This document shows, piece by piece, positions 1 to 9,315 of a stretch of DNA of 43,032 nucleotides. Made by a program: the position numbers and the translations under genes. Under the pieces are notes generated by a model. That model was given only the letters and a program-made list of their open reading frames with translations, did no database searches and was not told where the DNA came from. Origin of the DNA: Acinetobacter phage 5W; the sequence record MT349887.1. One strand, written 5' to 3'. Position 1 is the stretch's first letter. Each line of letters opens with the position of its first letter.

Positions 1-1
1 T

Positions 2-358
2 AAGGCCAGACAAGAGCAACAGATGCGTGATTGGTTTGGTTTTGTACCTACTTATTTAATAACTGTCGACGCTTCTTTCTGTGAGCGTGCAAACGATACA
101 GAGTTCTGTTACTTACTTGAACATGAGCTTTACCACATTGGAGTGATGAGAGACGAGGACGGAGAAATTGTTTATAGCGATAGTTCTGGTCTTCCTAAGC
201 ACTATCTTGCTGGTCATGACGTTGAAGAGTTTATTGGCGTAGTTAAACGTTATGGACCAAGCAAAAATGTTAAGCGACTTATTGAAGTCGCAAAAAATCC
301 GCCGTTTGTTTCGAATCTTGATATTTCAAAATGCTGCGGCAACTGTGTAATCAATTGA
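2..358 (+). CDS. Phage zincin-like metallopeptidase-like protein, C-terminal part (ORF open to window start; 5' partial)
   Basis: Frame is open from nt 2; HExxH motif 'LLEHELYHIG'; sits directly upstream of terminase small subunit as in many phages. Confidence 0.45.
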   Translation, partial: KARQEQQMRDWFGFVPTYLITVDASFCERANDTEFCYLLEHELYHIGVMRDEDGEIVYSDSSGLPKHYLAGHDVEEFIGVVKRYGPSKNVKRLIEVAKNPPFVSNLDISKCCGNCVIN

Positions 359-378
359 GCCTAATGGCTCTTTTTTTT
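357..378 (+). terminator. Putative rho-independent terminator (gagcc-taat-ggctc + T8)
   Basis: Short GC stem with 4-nt loop followed by tttttttt immediately after the stop at 356-358. Confidence 0.45.
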
Positions 379-416
379 GGCTATTTAGGTTGACGTAGGT
401 TGACAGGATTGAGGAT

Positions 417-893
417 ATGGCGGCTCTAAAAAAAGAGGTAAAACTCTTTATAGTTCGCTCACTTGCCGTATTTAATACACCCACAGAAACTGCTGAACTC
501 GTCAACCAAGAATACGGGATAAAAGTTACTAAACAGCAGTGTGAGAAATACGACCCAACCAAACGGGCAGGCGAGAACCTGAGCGAAGAATTAAGAAAAG
601 ATTTTGAAAAGACTCGCGAAATGTTTTTGGGTAAACCGGAAGCAATCCCCATTGCAAATTTAGCGGTACGTTTACAGCGTTACGAAAGCCAATATCAAAA
701 GCACAGTAGAAACCGTGTAGCAGCTCTAAGCATTCTTAAGCAAGCTGCTGAGGACATAGGCGGCAAGTACACGAATAAGACTGAAATTACAGGCGCTGGT
801 GGTGGTCCATTACAAAGCGAAAATATTACCTATGTGACTGCTACCGATGAGCAGGTAAGGCAGGCGATAGATGAACTCGAGAACGAATATTGA
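417..893 (+). CDS. terS: Terminase small subunit (DUF2280-like)
   Basis: 158 aa; N-terminal 'KLFIVRSLAVFNTPTETAELVNQEYGIKVTKQQCEKYDP' resembles the DUF2280 terS family; directly precedes terL. Confidence 0.55.
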   Translation: MAALKKEVKLFIVRSLAVFNTPTETAELVNQEYGIKVTKQQCEKYDPTKRAGENLSEELRKDFEKTREMFLGKPEAIPIANLAVRLQRYESQYQKHSRNRVAALSILKQAAEDIGGKYTNKTEITGAGGGPLQSENITYVTATDEQVRQAIDELENEY

Positions 894-2397
894 TCCTGTT
901 AAAACCAAAGCTAAACGGATTAAGTGTGAGAAAGAACATTTATTTTTCACACGTGCTTTTTTCTTGCCACGTATGGGCTTTAAGTTTTCGGTAAATTGGC
1001 ATCATGAATATATTGCCGACAAGATTGACGAGGTAATTGCTGGAAAGGTTAAGAACTTAGTTATTAACGTTCCACCCGGAAGCGGTAAGACCGAGTTACT
1101 CACAAATCTTATTGCCCGTGGCATAGCACGTAACGCTCGTTCCCGCTTCTTGTATTTGTCTTTCTCGCAATCACTTGTAGAGGATGTATCAGCAACAGCA
1201 AGAAATATTGTTAAGTCGGAAGACTTTCAGAGTTTATGGCCTGTAAAGATTTCTACCAGTACAGATGCTAAGTCGAGCTGGAAAACAACAGTTGATGGAT
1301 ATGATGCTGGTCATGTTTATTCTGCCTCTATGGGCGGGCAGGTCACAGGTCGCCGTGCCGGTACATTAGCCAATGAAGGTTTTACCGGAGCAATTATTCT
1401 TGACGACCCATTAAAGCCTGAGGATGCATTTAGCCAGACAGCAAGACGCAAAGCTAACCGTAAGATTCTAAACACGGTCAACTCACGTAAAGCTAAATCT
1501 GATACCCCAATTATTCTGATCATGCAGCGTTTGCACGTTGAGGATCCAACTAACTTTGTGATGACGGGTAATGTACCTGGTAAATGGGAACAGATCAGTA
1601 TTCCCGCGCTTATCGATGATGAGTACATCAGTAAGTTACCTGAAAAAATACAAAGCAAAATTCCACGTGATGTTGAGCGAGATGCGAAAGGCCGTCAAAG
1701 CTATTGGCCATTAAAAGAATCATTGCAATCGCTTTTGCAACTCGAACAAGGCGGACAGGATAAAGACGGCGCCACAGTGTCACGCTACACCTTTGCAAGC
1801 CAATACCAACAGGCGCCTAAAAAGCTCGGTGGTGACCTTGTTAAGGCTGAATGGTTTGGCCGTTATGTTGAATTACCTGTTCTTAAATGGCGTGCGATTT
1901 GGGCAGATACGGCGCAAAAGACAAAAGAACATAACGACTTCTCAGTGTTCTTATGTGCTGGTCTTGGCTATGACAATAACCTTTACATCATTGACGTGAA
2001 GCGTGGCAAATGGGAAGCACCAGAGCTATTGAAGGAGGCTAAAGCCTTTATCAATAAGCATAAGGATAGCAACACAAAGATTGGCAAGCTTCGTTATATG
2101 GCCGTAGAAGATAAAGCGAGTGGTACCGGATTAATTCAGTCCATTTCTAAACAGACCACATTACCAATACGTGCGATTCAGCGAAGTACTGACAAGCTAT
2201 CAAGGACTATGGATGTCATTCTTTATGTTGAAGAGCGCCGTGTCTGGCTACCAGTTAATGCACCGTGGCTTTTGAACTACATTGAAGAAATTGAAGGCCT
2301 TACTGCTGATTGGTCACATGACCATGACGACCAGTGGGACCCGACCATTGATGCGATTAATGATTCATTAGCCAAAAAGCCAACTGTATTTGATTAG
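871..2397 (+). CDS. terL: Terminase large subunit
   Basis: 508 aa; Walker A 'VPPGSGKT', 'ILDDPLKPED' Walker B-like, C-terminal RNaseH-like nuclease region; synteny terS-terL-portal. Confidence 0.9.
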   Translation: MNSRTNIDPVKTKAKRIKCEKEHLFFTRAFFLPRMGFKFSVNWHHEYIADKIDEVIAGKVKNLVINVPPGSGKTELLTNLIARGIARNARSRFLYLSFSQSLVEDVSATARNIVKSEDFQSLWPVKISTSTDAKSSWKTTVDGYDAGHVYSASMGGQVTGRRAGTLANEGFTGAIILDDPLKPEDAFSQTARRKANRKILNTVNSRKAKSDTPIILIMQRLHVEDPTNFVMTGNVPGKWEQISIPALIDDEYISKLPEKIQSKIPRDVERDAKGRQSYWPLKESLQSLLQLEQGGQDKDGATVSRYTFASQYQQAPKKLGGDLVKAEWFGRYVELPVLKWRAIWADTAQKTKEHNDFSVFLCAGLGYDNNLYIIDVKRGKWEAPELLKEAKAFINKHKDSNTKIGKLRYMAVEDKASGTGLIQSISKQTTLPIRAIQRSTDKLSRTMDVILYVEERRVWLPVNAPWLLNYIEEIEGLTADWSHDHDDQWDPTIDAINDSLAKKPTVFD

Positions 2398-2405
2398 AGG
2401 AAATT

Positions 2406-3740
2406 ATGGCTGAAACTAAAAAGCCCGATGCAATTGGCGATGCAGGGGCATATACAAACTTTGTCTCAAATATTGGTACCGAACGTGACAAAGCCTCACA
2501 CGGTTCTTTCGTTAAGAAAGTAATTCCTGATGAACAATTAGAAGCTGTGTATCAACATTGGTTAGCTAAGCGAATCGTCAACCGCCCGGCAAGTGACATG
2601 CTCCGAGCTGGATGGTTTTTTGAAGGGATTCAAGATAACGATTTATTGAAGCTTAAAGAGGCATGTAAGGCATTTAACTTAGATGGGGTGCTCTTATCTA
2701 GTTTGGTCCTTTCTCGCTTATATGGCGTTTGTTATGTGCTTCTAGGGACTGTAGACGGCGGCAACCTAGATCAACCGTTCGATTTAAACAAGTTAGGCGT
2801 TGGTCGTTTAGAGTTTTTCACTGTGCTTAAGAAAAAGTACATTGAAGCTGATACCAGTAAATACTTATCGCCTAAGGAGGCAGGTGGACTTTTAAAGCAG
2901 CCTGAATTTTATAAGTTAAAGCTGGACGGGAAATCAACGCAAAAGATCCACCATACACGCTTATATAAGTTTGGCCATGCCGATGTGGTTAATGAAGAAC
3001 CTGTAAGTGTTTTGCAGGAAGTTTATGAAGATCTGCTTGATCATGCCGCCGTTAAGAAAGCCTCAGCTAGTCTCGTGCATGAATCAAAAATTGACGTGAT
3101 TAGAACACCTAACTTGGTCGATAAGATCAAAGAGGACATGAAATCCGTAGCAGAACGCTTTCTTAGTGTCGGATTGCTTAAGGGCTTGAATGGCATGATC
3201 GTCTTGGATAAAGAGGAGGAGTATGACTCTAAATCTTATAGCTTTGGCGGTCTGCCTGACCTTATGCGTGAATTCTCTATCCAAGCTGCTGGTGCTGCCG
3301 ATATGCCATATACGATTTTATTCGGGCAATCACCTGCAGGCATGAACGCAACTGGTGAGCACGACACACGGAACTATTATGACAGTATCGCAACTAAGCA
3401 AACATGGTCCTTAAAGCCATTCATGATGAAGCTTTTAAGAGTGATTGTTCAAACTACGTTTGGTCGTCAGATTCCAAGCTTAGACGTTGTATTTAACCCG
3501 TTATGGCAATTAGACGCTAAGGTGCGTTCTGAGGTTGAGAAAGCTAACGCTGAACGGGATTCCAAGTATTTAGAAATGGGCATCATTACCGAGCCACAGA
3601 TAGCAAAACAGCTTGTTATTGACGGTGTTTATTCAGTGATCGATGAAGCTCATATCAAAGAGCTTGAGACAATGGTGAAGCTTAATGACAACGATAATTC
3701 AGATCCTGAAACCACACCTCCAGCAGGCGAAGAAACGTAA
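2406..3740 (+). CDS. Portal protein
   Basis: 444 aa, RBS 'agaggaaattATG'; position between terL and MuF-like head morphogenesis gene; acidic C-terminus. Confidence 0.7.
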   Translation: MAETKKPDAIGDAGAYTNFVSNIGTERDKASHGSFVKKVIPDEQLEAVYQHWLAKRIVNRPASDMLRAGWFFEGIQDNDLLKLKEACKAFNLDGVLLSSLVLSRLYGVCYVLLGTVDGGNLDQPFDLNKLGVGRLEFFTVLKKKYIEADTSKYLSPKEAGGLLKQPEFYKLKLDGKSTQKIHHTRLYKFGHADVVNEEPVSVLQEVYEDLLDHAAVKKASASLVHESKIDVIRTPNLVDKIKEDMKSVAERFLSVGLLKGLNGMIVLDKEEEYDSKSYSFGGLPDLMREFSIQAAGAADMPYTILFGQSPAGMNATGEHDTRNYYDSIATKQTWSLKPFMMKLLRVIVQTTFGRQIPSLDVVFNPLWQLDAKVRSEVEKANAERDSKYLEMGIITEPQIAKQLVIDGVYSVIDEAHIKELETMVKLNDNDNSDPETTPPAGEET

Positions 3741-4497
3741 GAAAGGGCGTAGAGCATCTAAGCCGAGAGCCGTGCACGTAAATCGCCGTGTAGAGCTATA
3801 TTACACACGGCAATTACTGGCTATCTCAAAATATTGTCAGGAACAAACTAAGGATTTAGTTATTCCTACAGTAGGCCAGAACATCGGAGATGCATGGTTC
3901 TCTGACATGATGGCGGCGTTTAGGGAAAAGCTCACAAAGTATGTTGTTGAGGTTTCCCGTCCGTTGGCCACAAAGGTTGTGACTGACACCCAAAAGGAAG
4001 TGGACAAGCAAATTGCAGAGCACACCAAAACAATTATTGGTGTGGATCTTACGCCGTTTTATCGAGCTGCTGATATCCAAGACGAGGTAGATCTAAACAT
4101 TACGGCAAATGTCAGTTTGATTAAGTCTATTCCGCAGCAATATGCCGATAAGCTTGAGGTATTAATCACCAATGCTTTGCAGACTGGACAAACTAATGAA
4201 GAGTTGGCCAAAGCTATTAAGCAATTAGGATTATCTACTGATTATCGTGCACGTCTTATTGCTAGTGATCAGATGGGCAAGATTAACGGCCAAATTAACC
4301 AAGCCCGACAGCTTTCAATGGGTGTTGAGACATACACATGGCAAACGGCGAAAGATGAGCGTGTAAGGCCAGATCATCAACATAAGCAGGGCAAGACATT
4401 TAGATGGGATTCACCGCCAGAAGGGGGACATCCGGGCCAGCCTATCCGTTGTCGTTGTACAGCGTTGCCTAACTATGAGGATATTTTAATTGACTAA
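3685..4497 (+). CDS. Head morphogenesis protein (Mu F-like / SPP1 gp7 family)
   Basis: C-terminal 'RPDHQHKQGKTFRWDSPPEGGHPGQPIRCRCT' is typical of the MuF/gp7 family; follows portal. Confidence 0.75.
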   Translation: MTTIIQILKPHLQQAKKRKKGRRASKPRAVHVNRRVELYYTRQLLAISKYCQEQTKDLVIPTVGQNIGDAWFSDMMAAFREKLTKYVVEVSRPLATKVVTDTQKEVDKQIAEHTKTIIGVDLTPFYRAADIQDEVDLNITANVSLIKSIPQQYADKLEVLITNALQTGQTNEELAKAIKQLGLSTDYRARLIASDQMGKINGQINQARQLSMGVETYTWQTAKDERVRPDHQHKQGKTFRWDSPPEGGHPGQPIRCRCTALPNYEDILID

Positions 4498-5032
4498 AGA
4501 TATCGTTTTTTTGCTTTAGTTCTTCTATTCTTCTTAAATATCCATTGTGGGCATAATAAATTCTTCCTTTAGAAGTTGTTAAATGTTTTAGGTATCGCTC
4601 CAATTCCTCTAAAGAAGGATTTTGTTTTTCATCACTTAACCCTGTAATTAGTTCATTAATAACTTGCTCGGGTGTTGTTAATAGATCTAATTGTTTTTTA
4701 AAGTATTCGTGATAGTTGTAGTCGAAGCCATCCAGTTTATCTTCGAGAGTTAAATTTTGAGCTTGTAGCATTTTCGAAAATTCAGATTTAAGAGCGTTAT
4801 TCTTGTGTTTAATCTCATAAATTAAATCCTTACATTCATAAGCGGCACTTAGTATTGAAAGTTTTAACTCAAAAAGTCTTTGATCCTGAGAGAGCTTAAT
4901 TTGTTTTTTCGCATATAAAGCTGCAATAACTGCAAAAATTAAACCTATCACAGCAAGAAGTGTTTGTAATTGGCCTGAATTAGCTCCGATTAATGCCCAT
5001 AAATAATTAAGATGATTCATTTTATTAACCAA
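4469..5032 (-). CDS. Antisense moron: membrane-anchored coiled-coil protein of unknown function
   Basis: 187 aa on the opposite strand inside the late head operon; one N-terminal TM ('LLAVIGLIFAVIAALYA') then predicted coiled coil; visibly AT-richer than flanks. Confidence 0.5.
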   Translation of the reverse strand: MVNKMNHLNYLWALIGANSGQLQTLLAVIGLIFAVIAALYAKKQIKLSQDQRLFELKLSILSAAYECKDLIYEIKHKNNALKSEFSKMLQAQNLTLEDKLDGFDYNYHEYFKKQLDLLTTPEQVINELITGLSDEKQNPSLEELERYLKHLTTSKGRIYYAHNGYLRRIEELKQKNDIFSQLKYPHS

Positions 5033-5070
5033 ATTGTTTTTACCGTAGTTTAATTCTTACTCTTTTAAAG

Positions 5071-5098
5071 AACCACCTAAACAGGTGGTTTTTATTTG
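5071..5098 (+). terminator. Rho-independent terminator (aaccacc-taaaca-ggtggtt + T-run)
   Basis: Perfect 7-bp stem followed by tttttattt on + strand; lies upstream of the - strand moron start. Confidence 0.55.
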
Positions 5099-5099
5099 G

Positions 5100-5408
5100 A
5101 TGAAATTTATGAAACGTAAAAAGTTTAGTAAAAAACGGTTTTATCGCCGTTTACAAGCACAGAAATTTGCTAAAGGCGGGTTTGTAACTGGTGGCGACTT
5201 CACTCCACTGTGGTTAATGTCTTGCTGTGACGGGTTTCCTAACTTGGCTAAGGCGGCGGGTAAGGCTGCTGAAAAGTTTCAAGAGGTGGTGGAAAGTTTA
5301 AAAGGATTGCAGCCGCCGAATATCAAACCCATTAAAACTAATATTTTTATTGATGGTGTAGATTTCGGTTCTGCTAAAGACTTTTCTGTTACCTATTCAA
5401 GAACGTAA
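5100..5408 (+). CDS. Hypothetical basic protein (isolated between two terminators)
   Basis: ORF track gives 5085 (GTG); ATGs at 5100/5109; very basic N-terminus 'KRKKFSKKRFYRR'; bounded by terminators on both sides. Confidence 0.35.
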   Translation: MKFMKRKKFSKKRFYRRLQAQKFAKGGFVTGGDFTPLWLMSCCDGFPNLAKAAGKAAEKFQEVVESLKGLQPPNIKPIKTNIFIDGVDFGSAKDFSVTYSRT

Positions 5409-5423
5409 TTTTGAAAATTAATA

Positions 5424-5447
5424 AAGCCACCTTCGGGTGGTTTTTTT
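5424..5447 (+). terminator. Rho-independent terminator (aagccacc-ttcg-ggtggttt + T7)
   Basis: GC stem with ttcg tetraloop and T-run, directly after stop of 5100..5408. Confidence 0.8.
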
Positions 5448-5460
5448 GTGAGAAAAACTT

Positions 5461-5658
5461 ATGTCAGAAAAGATACGCCGTGACGTCAAAGTTGATTTTG
5501 TAAAGGGGACTAATTTACTTCAGTTGGTAGATGTTGAGACCGGCATCCCATTTAGTCGCCAGCAAAGAACTACCGTTGAGTCTTATGAAGATAAGGGACT
5601 TCGGTATACGAAAATTACAGTCGAGTTCTTAATACCTCAGAAGGTACCTAATGACTAA
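5461..5658 (+). CDS. Hypothetical small protein
   Basis: 65 aa ORF directly after terminator, overlaps start of next gene (ATGA-type coupling). Confidence 0.4.
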   Translation: MSEKIRRDVKVDFVKGTNLLQLVDVETGIPFSRQQRTTVESYEDKGLRYTKITVEFLIPQKVPND

Positions 5659-6853
5659 GCACATTTACCAACTCAAAATTGGTGACTTTGCGCCAAGCGA
5701 ATCGACACGCTCATTTACCAAAGAGGGGTATCTGAAATGCGTCAATGTTCGCTTAGCTAAAGCGCCTCAAGTACGTCAGTACTATGCGTATGAGTTTCCA
5801 TCACTGGAAGGTTATACCGCTGATCAAGTCATTAATGTCTACACGCCTGCAGAAGAGCTTTTCAAGCCTGAGGCTATTCAAAGCTTCAATGGTGTAGACG
5901 CTACAGACTATCACCCGCCTAAGAATGAAATTAACGCATCTAACTGGAAGGATTATCACATTGGCTATTGTGAGAACGTTCGACAGGAAGGCGATTATCT
6001 GGTGGGTGATTTGCTCATTAAAGACAAGATCAGCATTGATTTGATCCAAAGCAACGAACGGCTAGAAATGTCGCTTGGCTATGGAGCCTTATTAATCGTT
6101 GAGCAGGGTACTGCGCCAGATGGCACGCCGTATCAAGCCAGATTTATCAATTTTATTGGCAATCACGTAGCACTCGTTAAATATGGCCGTTGTGGTGGTG
6201 ATTGCCGCATCGGTGACAAACAGCAAACTCCACCAAAGGGGAATAAATCAATGGAAGTAATTGTAAACGGTATCCGTTTTAACATCGGCGATAACACGCC
6301 TCTGGCCGATGCATTAAAGCAGCAACAAGAGCAGCTTGAAAACATGAAGGCTGCAAAACTTAAAGTGGGTGATAAGCAATTTTCAATCGGTGATGAGCTT
6401 GGAGCAATTCAAGCAGTCGTAGATCAGTTACATGCTGAAAAAACAGCTCTGGAGCAAAAAGTAGGTGATCTGGAAAAGAACCAGATGACTCCTGAAAAGC
6501 TTGAGCAAGCTGCGGCTGAACGTGCTGCTGTGATTGCCGATGCTAAGGCATTAGTACCAACAGTTAAAACTGAAGGCTGTACATGTGAGCAAATCAAGCG
6601 TGATGTTATTGCTGCTAAAGCGGGTGATGCATTAGTAACAGCTTTGATGGGTAACGTGTCGGTAGGCGATGCAAAGCCTGAGCAGATCGATACAACTTTC
6701 CGTGCCCTCTGTGCTGTGAAGGGTACTCAACCTTCTAACCCTGTAGGTGATGCACTTCACCAGCAACAAAGTGTTAAAGCTGGCGATGGTGACCCAGCAG
6801 GCGGTGGGGATGAAAAGACCTACAGTAAAGAAAACGCATACAAAACAATCTAA
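5651..6853 (+). CDS. Prohead protease/scaffold-like protein (XkdF/DUF2213-like N-terminus + coiled-coil scaffold C-terminus)
   Basis: 400 aa; C-terminal half strongly coiled-coil ('QQQEQLENMKAAKLKVGDK...LHAEKTALEQKVGDLEK'), position immediately upstream of decoration and capsid genes. Confidence 0.5.
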   Translation: MTKHIYQLKIGDFAPSESTRSFTKEGYLKCVNVRLAKAPQVRQYYAYEFPSLEGYTADQVINVYTPAEELFKPEAIQSFNGVDATDYHPPKNEINASNWKDYHIGYCENVRQEGDYLVGDLLIKDKISIDLIQSNERLEMSLGYGALLIVEQGTAPDGTPYQARFINFIGNHVALVKYGRCGGDCRIGDKQQTPPKGNKSMEVIVNGIRFNIGDNTPLADALKQQQEQLENMKAAKLKVGDKQFSIGDELGAIQAVVDQLHAEKTALEQKVGDLEKNQMTPEKLEQAAAERAAVIADAKALVPTVKTEGCTCEQIKRDVIAAKAGDALVTALMGNVSVGDAKPEQIDTTFRALCAVKGTQPSNPVGDALHQQQSVKAGDGDPAGGGDEKTYSKENAYKTI

Positions 6854-6866
6854 GGGGAAGTAAATC

Positions 6867-7337
6867 ATGGTTAAGCAATACGATGCTGTACCCGGTATGA
6901 AGTTTCACCTCATCGGACCAGAGGATATTTTATCCCTGCCTATGGCTGGTACCGGTTTGGTGAACGATGGTGACGTGGTTGTACGTAGTACAGACGGAAA
7001 AACATTTTCTGCAGTAACCGGCGCAACTAATACCAAGTTTGGAATTATCGTACGTCACGGCGTAGGTAAGACAGGCAAAACGGCAGATGGCAAAGAAGCC
7101 TATAAGGCTACTGATGTAGCACCGGTTATGACGATAGGCTCGATTTACGTGAAGGTCACCGCACCAGTCACCGATATCAACGCAAAGGTTTATGTCAAAA
7201 CAGCTAACGGCACCACAGCAGCGCCGTTAGGTTCTTTATCCCCAACAGCAACAGACGGTACAGAGTTACCGAACGCATCTTGGGAAACAATTTCAAATGA
7301 GCAGGGCTTAGCTGCTGTTCGCTTACGTGGGGCATAA
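6867..7337 (+). CDS. Putative head decoration / capsid-associated protein
   Basis: 156 aa, G/T/V-rich beta-type composition, between scaffold and major capsid gene; RBS 'aaggggaag'. Confidence 0.35.
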   Translation: MVKQYDAVPGMKFHLIGPEDILSLPMAGTGLVNDGDVVVRSTDGKTFSAVTGATNTKFGIIVRHGVGKTGKTADGKEAYKATDVAPVMTIGSIYVKVTAPVTDINAKVYVKTANGTTAAPLGSLSPTATDGTELPNASWETISNEQGLAAVRLRGA

Positions 7338-7342
7338 TAATT

Positions 7343-8317
7343 ATGAGTAAATTGGCAGCAATGAAGCTACGTCTAACACCAGTAGCTCAAATGGTTCAGG
7401 CAAATATTGGGGATGCATTTAATATTGATGCATTAGCTCAGTTATTCGTTAAATTGGAAGAATTTAACGAAATGGGTCCTCAGCTTCAGCAAGTGATGGA
7501 TTACGCTAAATACATTCCTGTTAAACCTGTCAATGCCGTATATGGAGGAGGAGAGATCCTAAGCCGTAAGAAGGGTGTGGGTATGGGTAAAGATCATTCA
7601 GGAACTGGTAATGATATTCCCGTGGCTGAAGTTGAATATGATACTGTTCAATTGCCAGTGAAGGTCGGCACGATCAGTTATATGTATTCAGTGTTTGAGT
7701 TACAAGCAGCCCAAAAATTAAATTTAGCACTTGAAGCAGATAAAGTAGAGGCCGCTCGTCTAGCTGCAGAAAAACACTTAAGTAACATTGCTTGGTATGG
7801 CAATGCTCTTACCGGAGTTAAAGGCTTCTTAAATCAGACGGGTGTAACCATAGTTACAGCCCAACATAACTGGGCCACCGCAACCATTGAAGAAGTACTA
7901 AGTGACTTCAATGCAAGCTTGGCAGATGCTGAAGATCTTGTTGATGGGGATGTGTCCGTACAGCCAGATACTTATTTGATGGCATCAAATCAATACTTAC
8001 ACCTTTCTACTCGTGTAGTTGCTGATTCTGGCGGAAAGACATTCTTAAAATTCATTGAAGAAAATAACATCTTCGCATCACAAGGTAAGCCGTTAACCAT
8101 TCGTGGTTTAGGTCGTTCAAATGGTAAAGGTACGGCAGGTGCTGACCGTTCTATTATTTACCGCCGTGACCCGTCATGCATCCAAATGAAATGTGATGAC
8201 GTCACTTTCTTGGCAGCTCAACCAGTTGGTGTGGATATTAAAGTGCCTGGTCACTACAAATATCAGGGCGTATGGTTGAAGCGTGTTGATTCTCTCCGTT
8301 ACTTGGATCACGTGTAA
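7343..8317 (+). CDS. Major capsid protein
   Basis: 324 aa; position after scaffold/decoration genes; composition like XkdG/DUF2184-type capsid proteins. Confidence 0.7.
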   Translation: MSKLAAMKLRLTPVAQMVQANIGDAFNIDALAQLFVKLEEFNEMGPQLQQVMDYAKYIPVKPVNAVYGGGEILSRKKGVGMGKDHSGTGNDIPVAEVEYDTVQLPVKVGTISYMYSVFELQAAQKLNLALEADKVEAARLAAEKHLSNIAWYGNALTGVKGFLNQTGVTIVTAQHNWATATIEEVLSDFNASLADAEDLVDGDVSVQPDTYLMASNQYLHLSTRVVADSGGKTFLKFIEENNIFASQGKPLTIRGLGRSNGKGTAGADRSIIYRRDPSCIQMKCDDVTFLAAQPVGVDIKVPGHYKYQGVWLKRVDSLRYLDHV

Positions 8318-8330
8318 GGATTAAAACAGT

Positions 8331-8714
8331 ATGAAATATTCTTATATTTATAGCGGCTTACAGGCCGCTTTTGTTTTTTCTGGTATTGCTGTTTTACCTA
8401 CAGGTTCCCCAACTCTTGTGGATGAAGAAGCACACAAGAAGCTCAGTAAAAATAAGTTTGCTAAACATCTTATTGATATCGGTGAACTTGAAGTTCAGGA
8501 AATCCCAGATGATGAGCCAAAAACTACGGGTAAAACAGGTGGTCGTGGTGGTAAAGGCGGTAAACAAAACGATTCAGCAGGTGATGCGGCAAAAACTGCA
8601 GAAGAAGCTGCTTTGGCCGCCGTGAAAGCTGAATTAACAGCGCTTGAAGTAACGTTCAGTGATGATGAAACACTTGAGCAGTTACAAGCTAAGTTAGCTC
8701 AGGCTAAAGAATAA
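8331..8714 (+). CDS. Hypothetical head-associated protein (Gly/Lys-rich middle, coiled-coil C-term)
   Basis: 127 aa ORF after MCP; 'GKTGGRGGKGGK' low-complexity segment. Confidence 0.4.
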   Translation: MKYSYIYSGLQAAFVFSGIAVLPTGSPTLVDEEAHKKLSKNKFAKHLIDIGELEVQEIPDDEPKTTGKTGGRGGKGGKQNDSAGDAAKTAEEAALAAVKAELTALEVTFSDDETLEQLQAKLAQAKE

Positions 8715-8723
8715 GGTGAGTCT

Positions 8724-9107
8724 ATGGACGTACAAACGTTTCGTGAAAAGTTCTCGACTGATTCGAGTTTAATGTCTTTGCCAGATGCAAAAATTCAGGA
8801 TGCTTTAGAAGAAGCGGATCTGATTGTTTCTCAAATTGAGTTCGGGGCATTAAAGGAACGTGCTGTAGGTCTATATGCAGCACATATCCTTAAAGTAGGT
8901 ATCTCAAGCGGCAATGGTGCTGCTTTTGGTACTGCCTCAAGTATGACAATTGCGGGCCAAAGTGTGAGTTATTCACGATCAACGAAAGAAGCTTTCTATG
9001 ATCTCAGCATGTATGGCCAGCGCTATCTTGCGTTAAAAAATTCCATTCCAATCGATGATGAAGGCACAAACCCTAATCGTTTAGGCGTTGGTGCCTTTGT
9101 TGTATAG
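8724..9107 (+). CDS. Head-tail connector protein (DUF4054-like)
   Basis: 127 aa; N-terminal 'FREKFS...' pattern and position typical of DUF4054 connector proteins. Confidence 0.45.
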   Translation: MDVQTFREKFSTDSSLMSLPDAKIQDALEEADLIVSQIEFGALKERAVGLYAAHILKVGISSGNGAAFGTASSMTIAGQSVSYSRSTKEAFYDLSMYGQRYLALKNSIPIDDEGTNPNRLGVGAFVV

Positions 9108-9116
9108 GAGAATCCC

Positions 9117-9308
9117 ATGCCTTTTAAATATCAGGCACCAGAAGGTTATAAGCCAACAAAACTCGTTATTGCCGGGCAAAACCTAGATATCAAAAACGGC
9201 GTTTTAGAATCTGATAGTGACATTATCCATATTTTAAAGCCCTTAGGTTTTGAGCGTTACGTTGAAGTTGTTGAGCCAAAGAAATCGACAGCCTCTGCTA
9301 AAGAGTAA
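9117..9308 (+). CDS. Hypothetical small structural-module protein
   Basis: 63 aa ORF with RBS 'aggagaatcccATG'. Confidence 0.4.
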   Translation: MPFKYQAPEGYKPTKLVIAGQNLDIKNGVLESDSDIIHILKPLGFERYVEVVEPKKSTASAKE

Positions 9309-9315
9309 TTAAGCT

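Noticed and set aside
326-652. 108-aa - strand ORF overlapping terS and the upstream gene
   Set aside because: Antisense to two well-supported + strand genes; no RBS or motif; typical shadow ORF.
1317-1658. 113-aa - strand ORF inside terL
   Set aside because: Fully embedded antisense in a conserved terminase gene; spurious.
8371-8625. 84-aa + strand ORF in alternate frame within 8331..8714
   Set aside because: Low-complexity alternate-frame read of the same region; the longer ORF has the better start context.
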